This document shows positions 42,340-55,127 of a stretch of 64,000 bases of DNA, piece by piece. The translations under genes and the position numbers were made by a program. The stretch is from Octopus vulgaris. Its lineage: Eukaryota. The first letter of the stretch is position 1. Every line of letters begins with the position of its first letter. The stretch lies in contig OX597825.1 in NCBI GenBank assembly GCA_951406725.2, positions 78,678,001-78,742,000 on the forward strand, given 5' to 3'. The notes beneath the pieces are model-generated. The model saw only the letters and a list, made by a program, of their open reading frames with translations. It was not told the DNA's origin and did not search any database.

Positions 42340-43800
42340 AGGAGCCTAAAATTAGAAACAATCCTTATAATAATAAGTGTATGAGGCATGATTAAAAAAC
42401 ATTCAGACAAATACATAACCAAAACACCAGGGCTTACGAATGTACATAACATACAGAAAATAGCACTTCTAGGCACCGCGCACATCCTGCGTAAAGCACT
42501 TTCAATGTAGAGAAAACAGCACCAAAACAAACTACAGCGCATGCCCAAGGCACACAGGGGCTGCGCTCGATAGTGCAGTGAAAGCAGGTGATAAAAATAA
42601 GATCTCTGAATTACAAAAGGAGACACGACAATGTGGCCAGATATGTCCACTGGCTGTTGTGCGGTAAAGCAAACCTCGAGAGAGCCAAACAATGGTATGA
42701 ACACAAGCCAGAGAGAGTAATGGAAAACAAACATTACAAAATACTCTGGGATTTTAACATACAATGCGACCAAGTCATAGAGGCGAGACGGCCAGATATT
42801 GTGATCATCCATAAAGATGAAAAAGAAGCAAAGATAATAGATGTTGCAATACTAGACGATGCGAGGGTGAAATGTAAGGAAACAGAAAAGAGTGGGAAAT
42901 ACCAGCCACTGCGGGATAAGACTATGATTTTCTGACGGATCGTGTAATCGAACACCGTTGGCCGGATATTGTCATATTGAATAAGTGAGATCAATACTGT
43001 CAGATCATTGATGTAGCCACACCAAACGACATGAAGGTTGTGAGTAAAGAGGTTGAAAAAAATCACCAAGTACTCCGAATTGGAAGTGGAAATGGCAATA
43101 CTGTATGGAATGCGGGAGGGTAAAGTAAAAGTGATACCAGTGGTGATCGGAGCGCTGGGTTCAATCCCATTGAAACCTCAAGACTTTTTAGGGCAACTGG
43201 AAATCCGATGCAATGTTGATGTCTTGCAAAAAGCAGCCTTATTGGGCACAGAGCACATCTTAAGGAAAGTATTATCTGTGTGAGGTTCTTGTTGTTACTT
43301 GTCAGATGACTAAAGGACTCCGGTGCATTTTTACCTACACTGTGTTACGAAGGAATAATAATAATACGGAGATTAGCAAAATCCTCTGGGATTTCCCAAT
43401 TGAAACAGATCACATGCTAGAGGTGGTGGACAAGGTGCACCACATATGCTATGTAGTTGATGTTGTATGTCCCTTTGATCCACAATTAGACAAGAAGGAA
43501 GGCGAAAAGATAGATACAATCCTCTTAAGTACGAGGGAAAATGAAGAAGATGAAGATAGGGCCAATTATTGTTGGGTCTTTGGGGACAGTATCAGAAGGC
43601 ATCAAGAGGAATATAAAAGAAATCGGAATATTGTGCCCAGTAGAACTGTTACAAAAGGATTGCCAACTTTGGACGGCCGGAATAATCAGGAAAGTATTAG
43701 ACAGCTGAAAAGAACGAATAGCATGGTACTGTGGGCTGCAGGTAGTAAACCCGCTACGCATGCAAGACTCCAGGAGCTCCAACAAAACCTGTGATAGAGA
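42340..43800 (+). mobile_element. Cluster of four 3' fragments of restriction-like-endonuclease (R4/Dong-like) non-LTR retrotransposons
   Basis: YKRRHDNVARYVHW, KILWDFNIQCD...RRPDIV...IIDVA, K..KY..L, VIPVVIGALG, LQKAALLGT.HILRK; bounded by AAC/AAT repeats. Confidence 0.85.
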
Positions 43801-43801
43801 T

Positions 43802-43864
<63 letters not shown>

Positions 43865-45407
43865 ATAAAAACGCTGGAATCCTTTTATTTATGTATTACT
43901 TGTAAAATAAACTCGGATTCTTATAGGTTATATAATAGAGGCAGAGAAACCCCCGTATCGATGCGATCGATACTGGGACATCTCTGTTTCATTGGTTAAT
44001 ACGGCCGCCTTAGTCAATAGCAACAATGTGGGACAGAAAAGAATTCAAGATTCTGACTCTTTCCGGTCACATGTGCAGCACGAGAAGGGAGCGCTTCTCT
44101 GTCGAGCTTCCATGTCGAGAAATACAAACTTAAAACATTTAAACATACTTCTGTAACAGTAAATTCTGTACAGCAAATTAGCTGAATCTACAGCCGATAC
44201 GAGAAATTCGATACATCAAACAAAGCTGAAATTCAAGTTAAATGTTGAATTCTTCTCCTAAATTATCCACCCACTTAAAAAGTCAAGTTCTTATGTGTGG
44301 TTACATGACACTGAGGGTATCATGATAACAGACACGTAAAAAACGAGTTGAAATTTCTGCTAAACATCGCTTTTGTTTTAATTTTTTTCTTCTTTTTTGT
44401 TTAGTCAATTATATATGCAGGCGTGACTGTGTGGGTAAGAAGTTTGCTTTCAACCATGTGGTTGCCTAAGCAAACTTTCAACCATGTGCTTCAGGGCGGC
44501 ACCTTAGGCAGCTGTTTTCTTTTCTTTTTTTGTTTTTTATAGTCTCGTGAATAGATTTGATAGATGGACACTGAAAGAAGCCCGTCGTATTTAAATAAAT
44601 TCGTGAGTGTGTGTGTGTGTGTATGTGTACCTGTGTATATTTTGTGTTTTTGTTGTGTCTGTTCCCTACCACCGCTCGAAAACTAGTATTGGTTTGTTTA
44701 CGTCCTCGTAAGATAGCGGCTTGGCAAAAAGGAACCTATAGAATAACTACCAGATTTTAAAATATGTACTGGAATCGATTAGTTCGACTAAATACTTTAA
44801 GGCATTACAAATCGGCATATCCGTCATATAGATCGGGCAACCATGAAACTTAAAGTAACGCCAGATGTTGTCGACTAAATACATGGAAGCGTGTGTTTTA
44901 ATGTGACAAGATTTACTGGAACTCAACAAAGCACATGTGAATTTGTATGAACTAAATACAACAATACGAATAATAAAAAATTATTATAAAGTACTCCTAA
45001 CTGCTGTAAAATAGTGAAAACCTCTGAAGATATAATGTATAAAGAATATAGGCGCAGGCATACTGCGTAATTTCGGGTTCAGTCCCACTGCATGGCAACT
45101 TGAGCAAGTGTCTTCTACTATAGCTCTGGGCTGACTAATACTATGTGAGCGAATTTAGCAGACGGAACCTGTGCGGAAACCCATTGTATGTTCATGTGTC
45201 TTTGCTGGTGTCAGTTTTCCCACGGCACGAGAACTGGTGTTTAAGCCCCCATAACTTTGCGGTTCAGAAATAGAAACCAACAGAAAAAGTACCACACTTG
45301 AAATAGGTACTAGAGTGGATTTGATCAAGCAACCCTTCAAAACTTTGCTCCAGCATGGCCCCAATTTAAGGAGTGAAACAAGTAAAAGCGCGCTACCTCA
45401 GTGTCTA

Positions 45408-45456
45408 TTTCACGACAAACGTTTGTTTCGGAAACCATTCGTTTCATCAGGCGGTG
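45408..45456 (-). ncRNA. Hammerhead-like motif with palindromic stem III
   Basis: CGC-CUGAUGA-(imperfect stem II)-GAA-ACAAACGUUUGU-C-GUG; 12-nt perfect palindrome, GUC triplet; stem I only 3 bp. Confidence 0.5.
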
Positions 45457-45642
45457 TTGAAAAGGCATTATTATCTGCGACAGATAAGCTGCCACCTGTT
45501 TGATTCCTAAACATCGATGTTTCTAGCGCTTTAGCCATTATCAGAAGGAAATACCGAAGAGAGGCAACTCTGGACAGACTTAATGAAAGCCGTTGCTTTA
45601 ACTAAAATATAGTTAACATTGACTGAAATTTACAGTAATATC

Positions 45643-45921
45643 CTTTTCTACTCTAGGCACAAGGCCCGAAGTTTTTTGTGGGGAGTGGGGAAGTCGATTA
45701 GATCGACACCAGTACGCAACTGGTACTTAATTTATCCACTCCGAAAGGATGAAAGGCAAAGTCATACCTTGGTGGAGTTTGAACTCAGAACATAAAGACA
45801 GACGAAATACTGCTAAGAATTTCGCCCGGGGTGCTAACGTTTCTGCCAGCTCGCCGCCTTTTAGAGTGTATATGCCATATTTCGGGGGTTGGGGGCCCCT
45901 CCTTCAGCACTCATCTAACCC
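45643..45921 (-). mobile_element. SINE plus ~60 bp of extra 5' sequence inside a 17-bp TSD
   Basis: AAATTTACAGTAATATC at 45626-45642 and 45922-45938; SINE head ends near 45860. Confidence 0.7.
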
Positions 45922-46305
45922 AAATTTACAGTAATATCAGCGCCAAGCAGTGTTTGGGCCTAAGCAAACTTTAGGTTTGTTAAAATATATACGGGGGACA
46001 TCCACAGAGTTTCTGTTTACCAAATTTACTCACAAGGTAGGCACTGGTTGGTTCAGGGTTATAGTAGAAAACACTTGCTGAAGGTGCCGTACGGGGCGGG
46101 GAATGAACCCGAAACCAGGTGATTGCAAAACGAGTTTCTTAACCATACAACCATGCCTGCAACAATACTAAAAAGGGATTTTAATTATTTTTTTTTATAA
46201 ATATCTATCAAAACTGGAATCGAAATCAAAACTGAATTAAACTACAAACTGAAAATTTGAAAATAAATTCTTATAAAAACTGATAAAGAATATAGAAATT
46301 CAAAG

Positions 46306-46370
<65 letters not shown>

Positions 46371-46763
46371 CTGAAACCAAAACACCGGAAGTTATTTAAT
46401 TTAGGGATAAGCTATTTTTTAAGGTGGCGATCTGGTGGCAGAGTCGTTAGCACGCCGGGAAAAATGCTTCGTAAATATTTCTTCCAGCTTAACGTTCTGA
46501 GTTCAAATTCCGTCGAGGTCAAGTTTATTTTTTTTATCCTTTCAGTGCCAATAAAAGAAATACCAACAGGGCACTGGCGGTCCCTTCCCCAAAATTCCAG
46601 GTCCCAGTAGTAGAAATCTATTTCTAGATTTTCAAATTTCAAACTTAAATTGGAAAGGGGAGCATCTTTGAGTTGTTGGGGTTTTTGAGTTCGTTTTTTT
46701 TTTTTTTTTTGCAGGTTGAGATTTTTTTAGTGGGGGTGGGGTTAGAATTCTTTGATCTTGGTT

Positions 46764-46974
46764 TTAAATTCTCTCTTTCTTAAATTCTTTCTTTTGGTTC
46801 GATTTTAAGCTTTTTTCTCGATTCACCATCATTTCAAATTTCGGGTCTTCGCCCTGGCTGCTTTCTTCTCGTCGTTTCACGGATTTCAGGACCTGGAGTT
46901 CTAAATCGCTTCGCGTCAGAGGTTTTAACTCATCTTCTCCGTCGTTATTTTCATCAGCCCCTAGGTATTCCTCT
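46764..46974 (-). CDS. CCDC63: CCDC63/ODAD1 exon 10 (stop); assembled CDS 1695 nt = 564 aa
   Basis: ttccag|A GAG GAA...; [36 protein letters not shown]...ERI* (acidic patch followed by the PLT..EL-type motif). Confidence 0.85.
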
Positions 46975-47016
46975 CTGGAATGAAACAGAAGAGCAACGAC
47001 ACGATATAGAGGAAGA

Positions 47017-47020
47017 ATGA

Positions 47021-47064
<44 letters not shown>

Positions 47065-47147
47065 AGAGAGGAAGGAAGGAAGGGAGGAAGGAAGGTAGAA
47101 AGGAAGGAAGGAAGGAAGGAAGGAAGGAAGGGAGGAAGAAAGAAGGA

Positions 47148-47214
<67 letters not shown>

Positions 47215-47266
47215 GAGGGAGGGAGGAAGGAAGGAAGGAAGGAAGGAAGGAAGGAAGGTAGGAAAA

Positions 47267-47307
<41 letters not shown>

Positions 47308-47336
47308 GAAGGAAGGAAGGAAGGAAGAAAGAAGGA

Positions 47337-47388
<52 letters not shown>

Positions 47389-47516
47389 AGGAAGGAAGGA
47401 AGGAAAGAAAGAAAGAAAGAAAGAAAAAGAAAGAAGGAAGGAAAGAAAGAAGGAAGGAAAGAAAGAAACAAAGAAAAAGAAGGAAGGAAAGAAAGAAGGA
47501 AAGAAGGAAGGAAGGA

Positions 47517-47583
<67 letters not shown>

Positions 47584-47652
47584 GAAGAAAGAAAGAAAGA
47601 AAGAAAGAAGAAAGGAAGGAAGGAAGGAAGAAAGAAAAGGGGAGGAGGAGGA
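47017..47652. repeat. (GAAA/GGAA)n polypurine tract
   Basis: Direct reading; ~630 nt, almost purine-only. Confidence 0.97.
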
Positions 47653-49909
47653 ATAACAAAGAATTAACTTTTTTTCCTCGACCAAAAACCAATCAAAATA
47701 ATCCGACAGAACGAATAAACAAAGAATTAAGTCTCAGAAACGACTCCATTGTTATAAGTCAAATTAAGAAATACAAATATTATTTCTATAAAATATTTAA
47801 CTGCACAAATCCGCCATTAATATATTTCAATTAGGGCCGAGATTTGTTTTGTTTTGTTTCATATATATATACATTTTTTTTTTTTGGATTTGTTATTATC
47901 ATCGTCGTCGCCATCGCTGTGTTTTGTTGTTGTTGTTGTTTTTGCTGCTGCAGTTGCTGCCGGTGTTATCAAAATACCATAATTATAACATTTGGTACAA
48001 TAATGGTACAATATTATTCCATCCGAGTTTCCCAACAATAAAGCCATCTTGAATCAGTTATTTCTGATATGTTTATTTCGAATACTGTTCCTTTAAGACT
48101 ATTGTATATAATTTTTTTTCCCTCTTGTACAAATATTTATACACTCCCAGCTAAACATAACCTTTAACTTGTTATCTACACGCATTATTGTTGTTCTTGC
48201 TGTTATTGTTGTTGTGGTTGTTATTATTGTTATTGTTGTTGTTGTCGTTGCATTGGCATGACACCCCTTAACATCGCCCATAAGTTTTGTTAACTGTGTT
48301 TTAAAACAAAAGTTCTATTGTAAAATGTCTTTGGAATGGTTTGTTGCTAAACTGACGAGGATCCTGAAGAATCGGTCAGTTTTCGGTTTTGTATTGTTGT
48401 CTTTTGTTTTTTGTTGTTGTTTTTTTTTTGTCCCCACCACCAGCACCATTCGAGGCGGACTTTTTTCATTTTCTTTTTCAACTTAACAATTCTTCAAAAG
48501 AAACATGGTGTCACAAATGGTGGTTACGAATGGACGTTGGATCAACGCCTACAAATAGTATTTCCCACAGCTGCTTCTTTTGGCTTTTATTGTGGCGCAG
48601 GTATGTCAGTGTGGGAAGAATTTTGCCACACAAAGGCGGCGAGCTGGCAGAAACGTTAGCACGCCGGGCGAAATACTTAGCAGTATTTCTGAGTTCAAAT
48701 TCCGCCGAGGTCGACTTTGCCTTTCATCATTTCGGGGTCGATAAATTAAGTACCAGTTACGCACTGGGGTCAATGTAATCGACTTAATCCCTTTGTCTGT
48801 CCTTGTTTGTCCCTTCTGTGTTTAGCCCCTTGTGGGCAATAAAGAAATAAGGATCAGCAACAACAACAAAGGCAACAAAAAGGAAATTATGGATAATAAC
48901 CAGCAGCATCACCACCGCTGCAGTAAATAGCGGCGAGCTGGCAGAGTGGTTAGCACGCCGGGCGAGATGCTTAGTGGTATTTCGTCTTCCTCTACGTTCT
49001 GAGTTCAAATTCCGACAAGGTCGACTTTGCCTTTCATCCTCTCTTGGTCGATTAAATAAGTACCAGTTACGCATTGGGGTCGATATAATCGACTTAATCC
49101 GTTTGTCTATCCTTGTTTGTCCTCTCTGTGTTTAGCCCCTTGTGGGTAGTAAAGAAATAGAAATAGGTATTTCGTCCGTCTTTACGTTCTGAGTTCAAAT
49201 TCCGCCGAGGTCGACTTCGCCTTTTATTCTTTAGGGGGCGATAAAATAAGTACCAGTTGAACACAGAAGTCGATGGAATCGGCTTACACGAAATTGCTGG
49301 TCTTGGTTTCTGAAATATCAAACGCTTACAGTCCTCCATAAATCAGGCAATGCGTTTACTGAAAGGTCCCTGATTGCATTCTATAGACGATTAGTGGCGA
49401 ATAAAAGCGATGTTCTCGGGAAAATTCTAGGCGTCGATGAAAACCAGCTGGTCGGTCTATTTTGCGCCGGGGCCCATGAAAAATTTCCAGAAATCCCTAA
49501 TCTAACATCAATGACATGCGATCTCTACTCCCGGTGTAAAACAGCCCTAAAGCAGACCTAAGGTGGGGAGGTTGTATCATTGGTGAGGTCATTGGTGAGT
49601 TGATTGATTGATTGATCGAAGTATTAATTAAATACTTCATAAGTTAATTAAATAAATGGTTAAGCAATTAGCTAATAATAATAAAAGATGTGAAATAGAA
49701 CCAATGCGTGTGTTTATTTTTGGCCTAATGATCCTCCCGAGGTACAACAAAATATGTTTCAACACCTGAGTTCACATCAAGAATCTTGCAAACCAAATAC
49801 GAAAGCTAAATTAAGAGAGAAAGAGAGAGAGAGGCAGACAGACAGACAGAGAGGGGGAGAGGGAGAGTTTCCGTTTTTTTCATTGAAAGAAGAAGTGTTT
49901 GCTACTTGC

Positions 49910-50004
49910 CCGATTGAAGGAGGAAGGAATGAAATACTGCCTAAAGCATTCCTTGGATCTGATTCTTCGCTTTCTTTAAATTTGGGGTCGTTGGTCAACT
50001 GATT
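49910..50004 (-). CDS. CCDC63: CCDC63/ODAD1 exon 9 (GC donor)
   Basis: ttgcag|NQLTNDPKFKESEESDPRNALGSISFLPPSIG; GG|gcaagt gives the phase 2 needed to join exon 10. Confidence 0.75.
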
Positions 50005-50593
50005 CTGCAATTAATAACAATAATGACAATGACGATGATGATGGTGATGATGATGATGATGATGACGGTGACGATGACGATGACGATGATGATGATGATG
50101 ATGACGATGATGATGATGACGATGGTGATGTTGATGATGATGATAATGATGATGATGGTGATGATGATGATGATGAGGAGGGTGATGATGATGATGAAGG
50201 TGATGATGATGATGAAGATGATGGTGATGATGATTATGACGGTAACGATGACGGTGACGGTGACGATGACGACGACGATGGGTATATTTGTACCCCCTGT
50301 GTCACTTTGATGGCACGTGCTACTCTCTCAATAATGATGATAATAACAATAATTTTTTTTTTTTTTTGTTTCTACTATAGGCCCAATGACTGAAATTTTC
50401 AAGGAGAGGGCTATAGTGGCTAGTCCAAGACTTCTGAGCATCGAATGAACCCTGATTCCCACAAACCCCCTAATACCTGTCTCTCACAGGAAGGTGTATT
50501 GCCTCTCATCCACTGTTTTCCCTTGGTTTCTACCAATTCTCTGTGTTCCTCTCACCTTCTCCCACATTCACTTTACCTTATACTTTGATCTCA

Positions 50594-50652
<59 letters not shown>

Positions 50653-51460
50653 ATCTATCTTTATGTATTTATTTATTTCCTTCTCTCTATTTCCAAATGA
50701 AGAAACCACGTATTCACTTTTTCAGCAAGACGCCTAATCCTGCTTTTGTCCCTCCCTGACATACTTTCATATATCCTTCTATACAAAACCCACTCACTTG
50801 AAGGATCTTGTCTTACGAGTGCTCGGAGACCTCACACTAGCGGTGGTGCCACGAAAAGCACCCGGTGCACTCTGTGAAGTTATAAACAAAATCGAACACA
50901 CATGGTGGTTTTGGTGGTGGTGGTGGGGATTATAAGGCGGCGAGCTGGCAGAAACGTTAGCACGCCGGGCGAAATGCTTAGCGGTATTTCGTCCGCCGCT
51001 ACGTTCTGAGTTCAAATTCCGCCGAGATCGACTTTGCCTTTCATCCTTTCGGGGTCGATAAATTAAGTACCAGTTGCGCACTGGGGTCGATGTAATCGAC
51101 TTAATTCGTTTGTCTGTCCTTGTTTGTCCCCTCTATGTGTTTAACCCCTTGTGGGTAGTAAAGAAATGGGGACGACGAAGATGATGATGATGAGGAGGAT
51201 GATGATGAGGATGAGGATGAGGATGATGATGAGGATGATGATGATGATGATGAGGAGGAGGAGGAGGAGGACCTCGAGCTACTTCTAATTTATATTTGAA
51301 CACTGTGAAGTGGTTGGAGGGGTTCTGAAGAGCAGCTACGCTCATTGGAGCTTTCTAGGCTCATCAGTTCATGTCAAACTGTTCAACCCGTGACAGCATA
51401 AAAAGAAACACTAAATGACGATGTATGACGATGGTGGCTTTGTGTGTGCGTATGCTGGCG

Positions 51461-51495
<35 letters not shown>

Positions 51496-51588
51496 CTCTG
51501 TCCCGTATTTAAACGGCCACCAACTGAAAGCTGATACGAACTTTACTTCCTAACCAGCGTGATGTGTTTGGCGTGGTTCTACACATAC

Positions 51589-51752
51589 CTTGCTAGAGAG
51601 ATACATTTGAATAAGCAACAACTCGTTGACTCGCTGTTCTATCACTCCCAAGTACTGTATCATATTCGTTTGATTGATGCCGGCTGACAGACCCAGAAGA
51701 TCGTCAATGGGAGCCGGGTCACACTGGGTAACCGTGAAGATGGACTTGATGG
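51589..51752 (-). CDS. CCDC63: CCDC63/ODAD1 exon 8
   Basis: tttcag| acceptor, |gtatgt donor; AIKSIF...CD...LLG...NMIQYLGVIEQRVNELL family motif. Confidence 0.95.
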
Positions 51753-51947
51753 CTGAAACAGAGAGACATGAGATCAAGAGTATAAGAGAGAGGGGTGTAG
51801 TTAGAGAGACTGTGTGAGTGGAAGAGAGAAAGAGAAGGAGGGAGAGATTTAGGATTTGAGTGTTAAAGAATTATCCTATGTTGAATCGTTAGCTCCTGCA
51901 CGCATTTTTTTCTCTCCTTGTTTCTCTCCTTGTTTCTTTTCTGTGTA

Positions 51948-51985
51948 TCTTTCTGTCGAAGAGCGTAGGCTCGAAACGTAAAAGA
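51948..51985 (+). ncRNA. Minimal hammerhead variant in a Penelope-type terminal repeat (further copies on - at 16449-16485, 38663-38700, 41549-41585)
   Basis: UCUUU-CUGUCGAA-GAGC(GUAG)GCUC-GAA-ACGU-A-AAAGA. Confidence 0.5.
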
Positions 51986-52082
51986 CTTGTTTTATTTATA
52001 TTCCTGAGCGACAAACTAATACATTTGTTTGTTTGTACTCCACCTGCCTTCGTCTTTTGTTTATTTTCGTAAACCTTCCTGT

Positions 52083-52113
<31 letters not shown>

Positions 52114-52197
52114 GAAGAACAAACGCAAGAACAAAAACAACGCGAGGACGTGGTACATGCAAAGTATTAGCAGACGCTCAGGGAAGGAAAGAAAGGT

Positions 52198-52235
52198 GGT
52201 TTAACGTTTCGAGCAAACGCTCTTCTTTAGAAACC
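52198..52235 (-). ncRNA. Minimal hammerhead variant, related subfamily
   Basis: GGUUU-CUAAAGAA-GAGC(GUUU)GCUC-GAA-ACGU-U-AAACC; stem I differs in sequence from the 51948 copy but still pairs. Confidence 0.5.
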
Positions 52236-52379
52236 GGAAACAAAGGAAAGGCAAAGCGAAAAAAAAAAGACGGAGGGAAAAAATTGCCAACGATTTAGAA
52301 CTCAAAACATAAGAATAGATATTTCTTTTATAATTATTTAGCAGAAGAATGAGAGTGACTCATTCAAAGAAAATCTTAC

Positions 52380-52548
52380 CAGTTTTAATTTGGTCGAATA
52401 TCTTTGAAATTTCTTTGACCGATTCTTCTTTGATTGATATATCTTTGGACACTTCCAGCCTCAGCGATTCCAGTTCATTTAAAATCTTCTTCCGCTCGAA
52501 GTCAAGCTGAGCACCTTCATGCTGGAAATTCTCGATGTCTTTTTGGAT
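52380..52548 (-). CDS. CCDC63: CCDC63/ODAD1 exon 7 (absent from the ORF track)
   Basis: taacag| acceptor, |gtaaga donor; IQKDIENFQHEGAQLDFERKKILNELE...KIFDQIKT; phases 0/1 fit. Confidence 0.92.
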
Positions 52549-52676
52549 CTGTTAAAACAAGGTTGATCATAATTTTCAAACGAAATTTTTAATATGCAAT
52601 GATTTTTGTTTCATTCAAATTGTGACTAATACACAAATAAATGTCTTGATTCAGTAGTTAACTGCTTTACAATTCA

Positions 52677-53062
52677 GTGGAGGCGCAATGGCCCAGTGGT
52701 TAGGGCATCGGACTCGCGGTCGTAGGATCGCAGTTTCGATTCCCAGACCGGGCGTTGTGAGTGTTTATTGAGCGAAAACATCTAAAGCTCCACAAGGCTC
52801 CGGCAGAGGATGGTGGTGATCCCTGCTGTACTCTTTCACCACAACTTTCTCTCACTCTTACTTCCTGTTTCTGTTGTACCTGTATTTCAAAGGGCCGGCC
52901 TTGTCACTCTCTGTGTCACGCTGAATATCCCCGAGAACTACGTTAAGGGTACACGTGTCTGTGGAGTGCTCAGCCACTTACACGTTAATTTCACGAGCAG
53001 GCTGTTCCGTTGATCGGATCAACCGGAACACTCATCGTCGCAACCGACGGAGTGCTTCCAAG
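52677..53062 (+). mobile_element. Full-length tRNA-derived SINE with 13-bp TSD
   Basis: A box TGGCCCAGTGG, B box GTTTCGATTCC; GCTTTACAATTCA at 52664-52676 and 53063-53075; relatives on - at 5765-6076 and 14812-14950. Confidence 0.85.
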
Positions 53063-54285
53063 GCTTTACAATTCATAGTCCATCCTGTTATGAAACAAAG
53101 AGGCTGATCAGAAATCTTCTTACTTATTTTAGATAACAAACTACAATGTATGTTTTCATTAAGAATTTTACTCAAAGGCGGCAAGCTCTTAGAATCATTA
53201 ACGCATCCAAGAAAAATTCTTAGAGGCATTTTTTTCTACTCTTTACATTCTGAGCTCAAGTCCTGCCACTGTCAATTTTACTTTTCATCCTTTCAGGGTC
53301 GATAAAATAAAGTGCCAGTCGGGTACTGGAGCCGATGTAATTGACTAGCATACTTCATCTAAAATTGCTTGTGCCAAAATTTGAAACCATAAGACAGGAT
53401 CGTTAGCTCATCACAGAAAGTGCTTAGCAGCATTTCTGCCGATTCTTTACGTTCTGAGCTCAAATCAGACCGGGGCCAACTTTTCCCTCAAAACTGCTGG
53501 CTGGTGTCACAATCAGAAAGAAGCAATGAATTAAACATTTTATGCCATAGCGAATTTTAATATTTATCTTTCTACTAGATTCTTCAATTGTCTTCTTTGT
53601 GAGATTGTAATGAATTCCTGGTGAGTTGTAAAAATGACGAAATTGATCAATTCTAAACTCATTCCATGATACAGAAAGCTCTGTGGGTTAACCGTAGGGT
53701 GTAATTTCATGTTGAAAGTTCTATTCTTGAGCCACAGTCAGTCAAGTTTCATCATCTATGAGCAGTTAAATGCATAGGCCCTGGGTAACAGTATTTTCTT
53801 TAGGAAGCCAAGCGGTTGCTCGTATCGGCAACAGTCCTCTCCTCTCTGCCACCAATGTTATCCAACAGAGATAATTTACTTAAATACCGATAAAGGTTAG
53901 CACCAGTGACGTCACAGGCATTGCCAGCAGAACGCAAAGAATTGTTACATATACTGTAAGGCATTTTATCCGATCCTCTAACAATCCAGGCAATCTACCG
54001 CCATCGATTGATGTATTTTATTGCACCTGAGAGGATGAAAATAAATAGATAAACGGATGGTTGGATAGCTGGATGGATGGATGGATCGATCGATCGATGG
54101 ACGGACAGACGGATGGATCGATCGATCGATTGATGGTTATATCATTTCGACAACGGCTGCACATGTCAATCCTGTTCATTAAAAAAATTATGAAAAAGAG
54201 AGGTGACAATATGCGCTCGACCCAATGGTGAAGATGCCTGAGGTCCCTTCCCCCACGACCCTCACAGAAATAGTTGGCGGCAAAG

Positions 54286-54318
<33 letters not shown>

Positions 54319-54506
54319 CGGACGGACGGACGGACGGATGGATGGATGGATGGATGGATGGACGGATGGATGGATGGACGGACGGATGGATGGATGGACG
54401 GATGGATGGATGGACGGACGGACGGACGGATGGATGGATGGATGGATGGATAGATGGACGGACGGACGGACGGGCGGGCGGATGGATGGATGGATGGACG
54501 GATGGA
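54286..54506. repeat. (GGAT/GGAC)n
   Basis: Direct reading. Confidence 0.95.
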
Positions 54507-54530
54507 CATTTAACAAACATGCGTACAAAC

Positions 54531-54745
54531 CTCTTTCGTCTGGTCATTAAGCAACTCGATTTCACTGTTCATCTCATTAACATAATTGAAGAGGGCGAAG
54601 TTTTTGTCTTCCACTTCAATGAACTTTGGTACGTCCAGATCCAAATTGTCTTCGCCTGTCATCGCTTTGATTCTTGCCACAGCAGCTTCGTATCTCTCTA
54701 CAGAGTCTTCTTGGCTCTCCTTTTTCCTTTCAGCTTCCAAAACCT
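54531..54745 (-). CDS. CCDC63: CCDC63/ODAD1 exon 6
   Basis: ttacag| acceptor, |gtttgt donor; contains the hallmark ODA-DC2 motif [17 protein letters not shown]. Confidence 0.95.
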
Positions 54746-55064
54746 CTGTAATACAAACATGGCGACAAAATGTAGAAAGACCGAAAGAGGCAGGCACTAA
54801 GAGATTAATTTGAAGAAGAGAAAGACTTAAATTGATCAATGCTCGCTCTCACTCTCTCCTTCCTCGTCTCTCTAACTCTCTCCTACTGTCTGCCTGTCTG
54901 TCTGTCTCTGTCATCCTCCCTTTCTGTCTCTCTGCTTGTCTCTCTCTCTCTCTCTCACTCTCTCCTTCCTCATCTCTCTCACTCTCTCCTTCTGTCTGCC
55001 TGTCTGTCTGTCTCTGTCATTCTGTCTTTCTGTCTCTCTGCTTGTCTCTCTTTCTTTGTGTATG

Positions 55065-55127
<63 letters not shown>

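Noticed and set aside
46975-47692. Hydrophobic FLSF and basic KERK ORFs as a possible TM domain or the missing 7TM
   Set aside because: Pure (GAAA/GGAA)n repeat; only 46764-46974 is real coding sequence (CCDC63 exon 10).
48348-48385. CTGACGAGGATCCTGAAGAATCGGTC
   Set aside because: The GAAA core is broken and the sequence folds better as a simple AAACTGAC/GTCAGTTT hairpin.
52677-52760. tRNA gene
   Set aside because: A and B boxes continue into a SINE body with a TSD; no complete cloverleaf acceptor stem.
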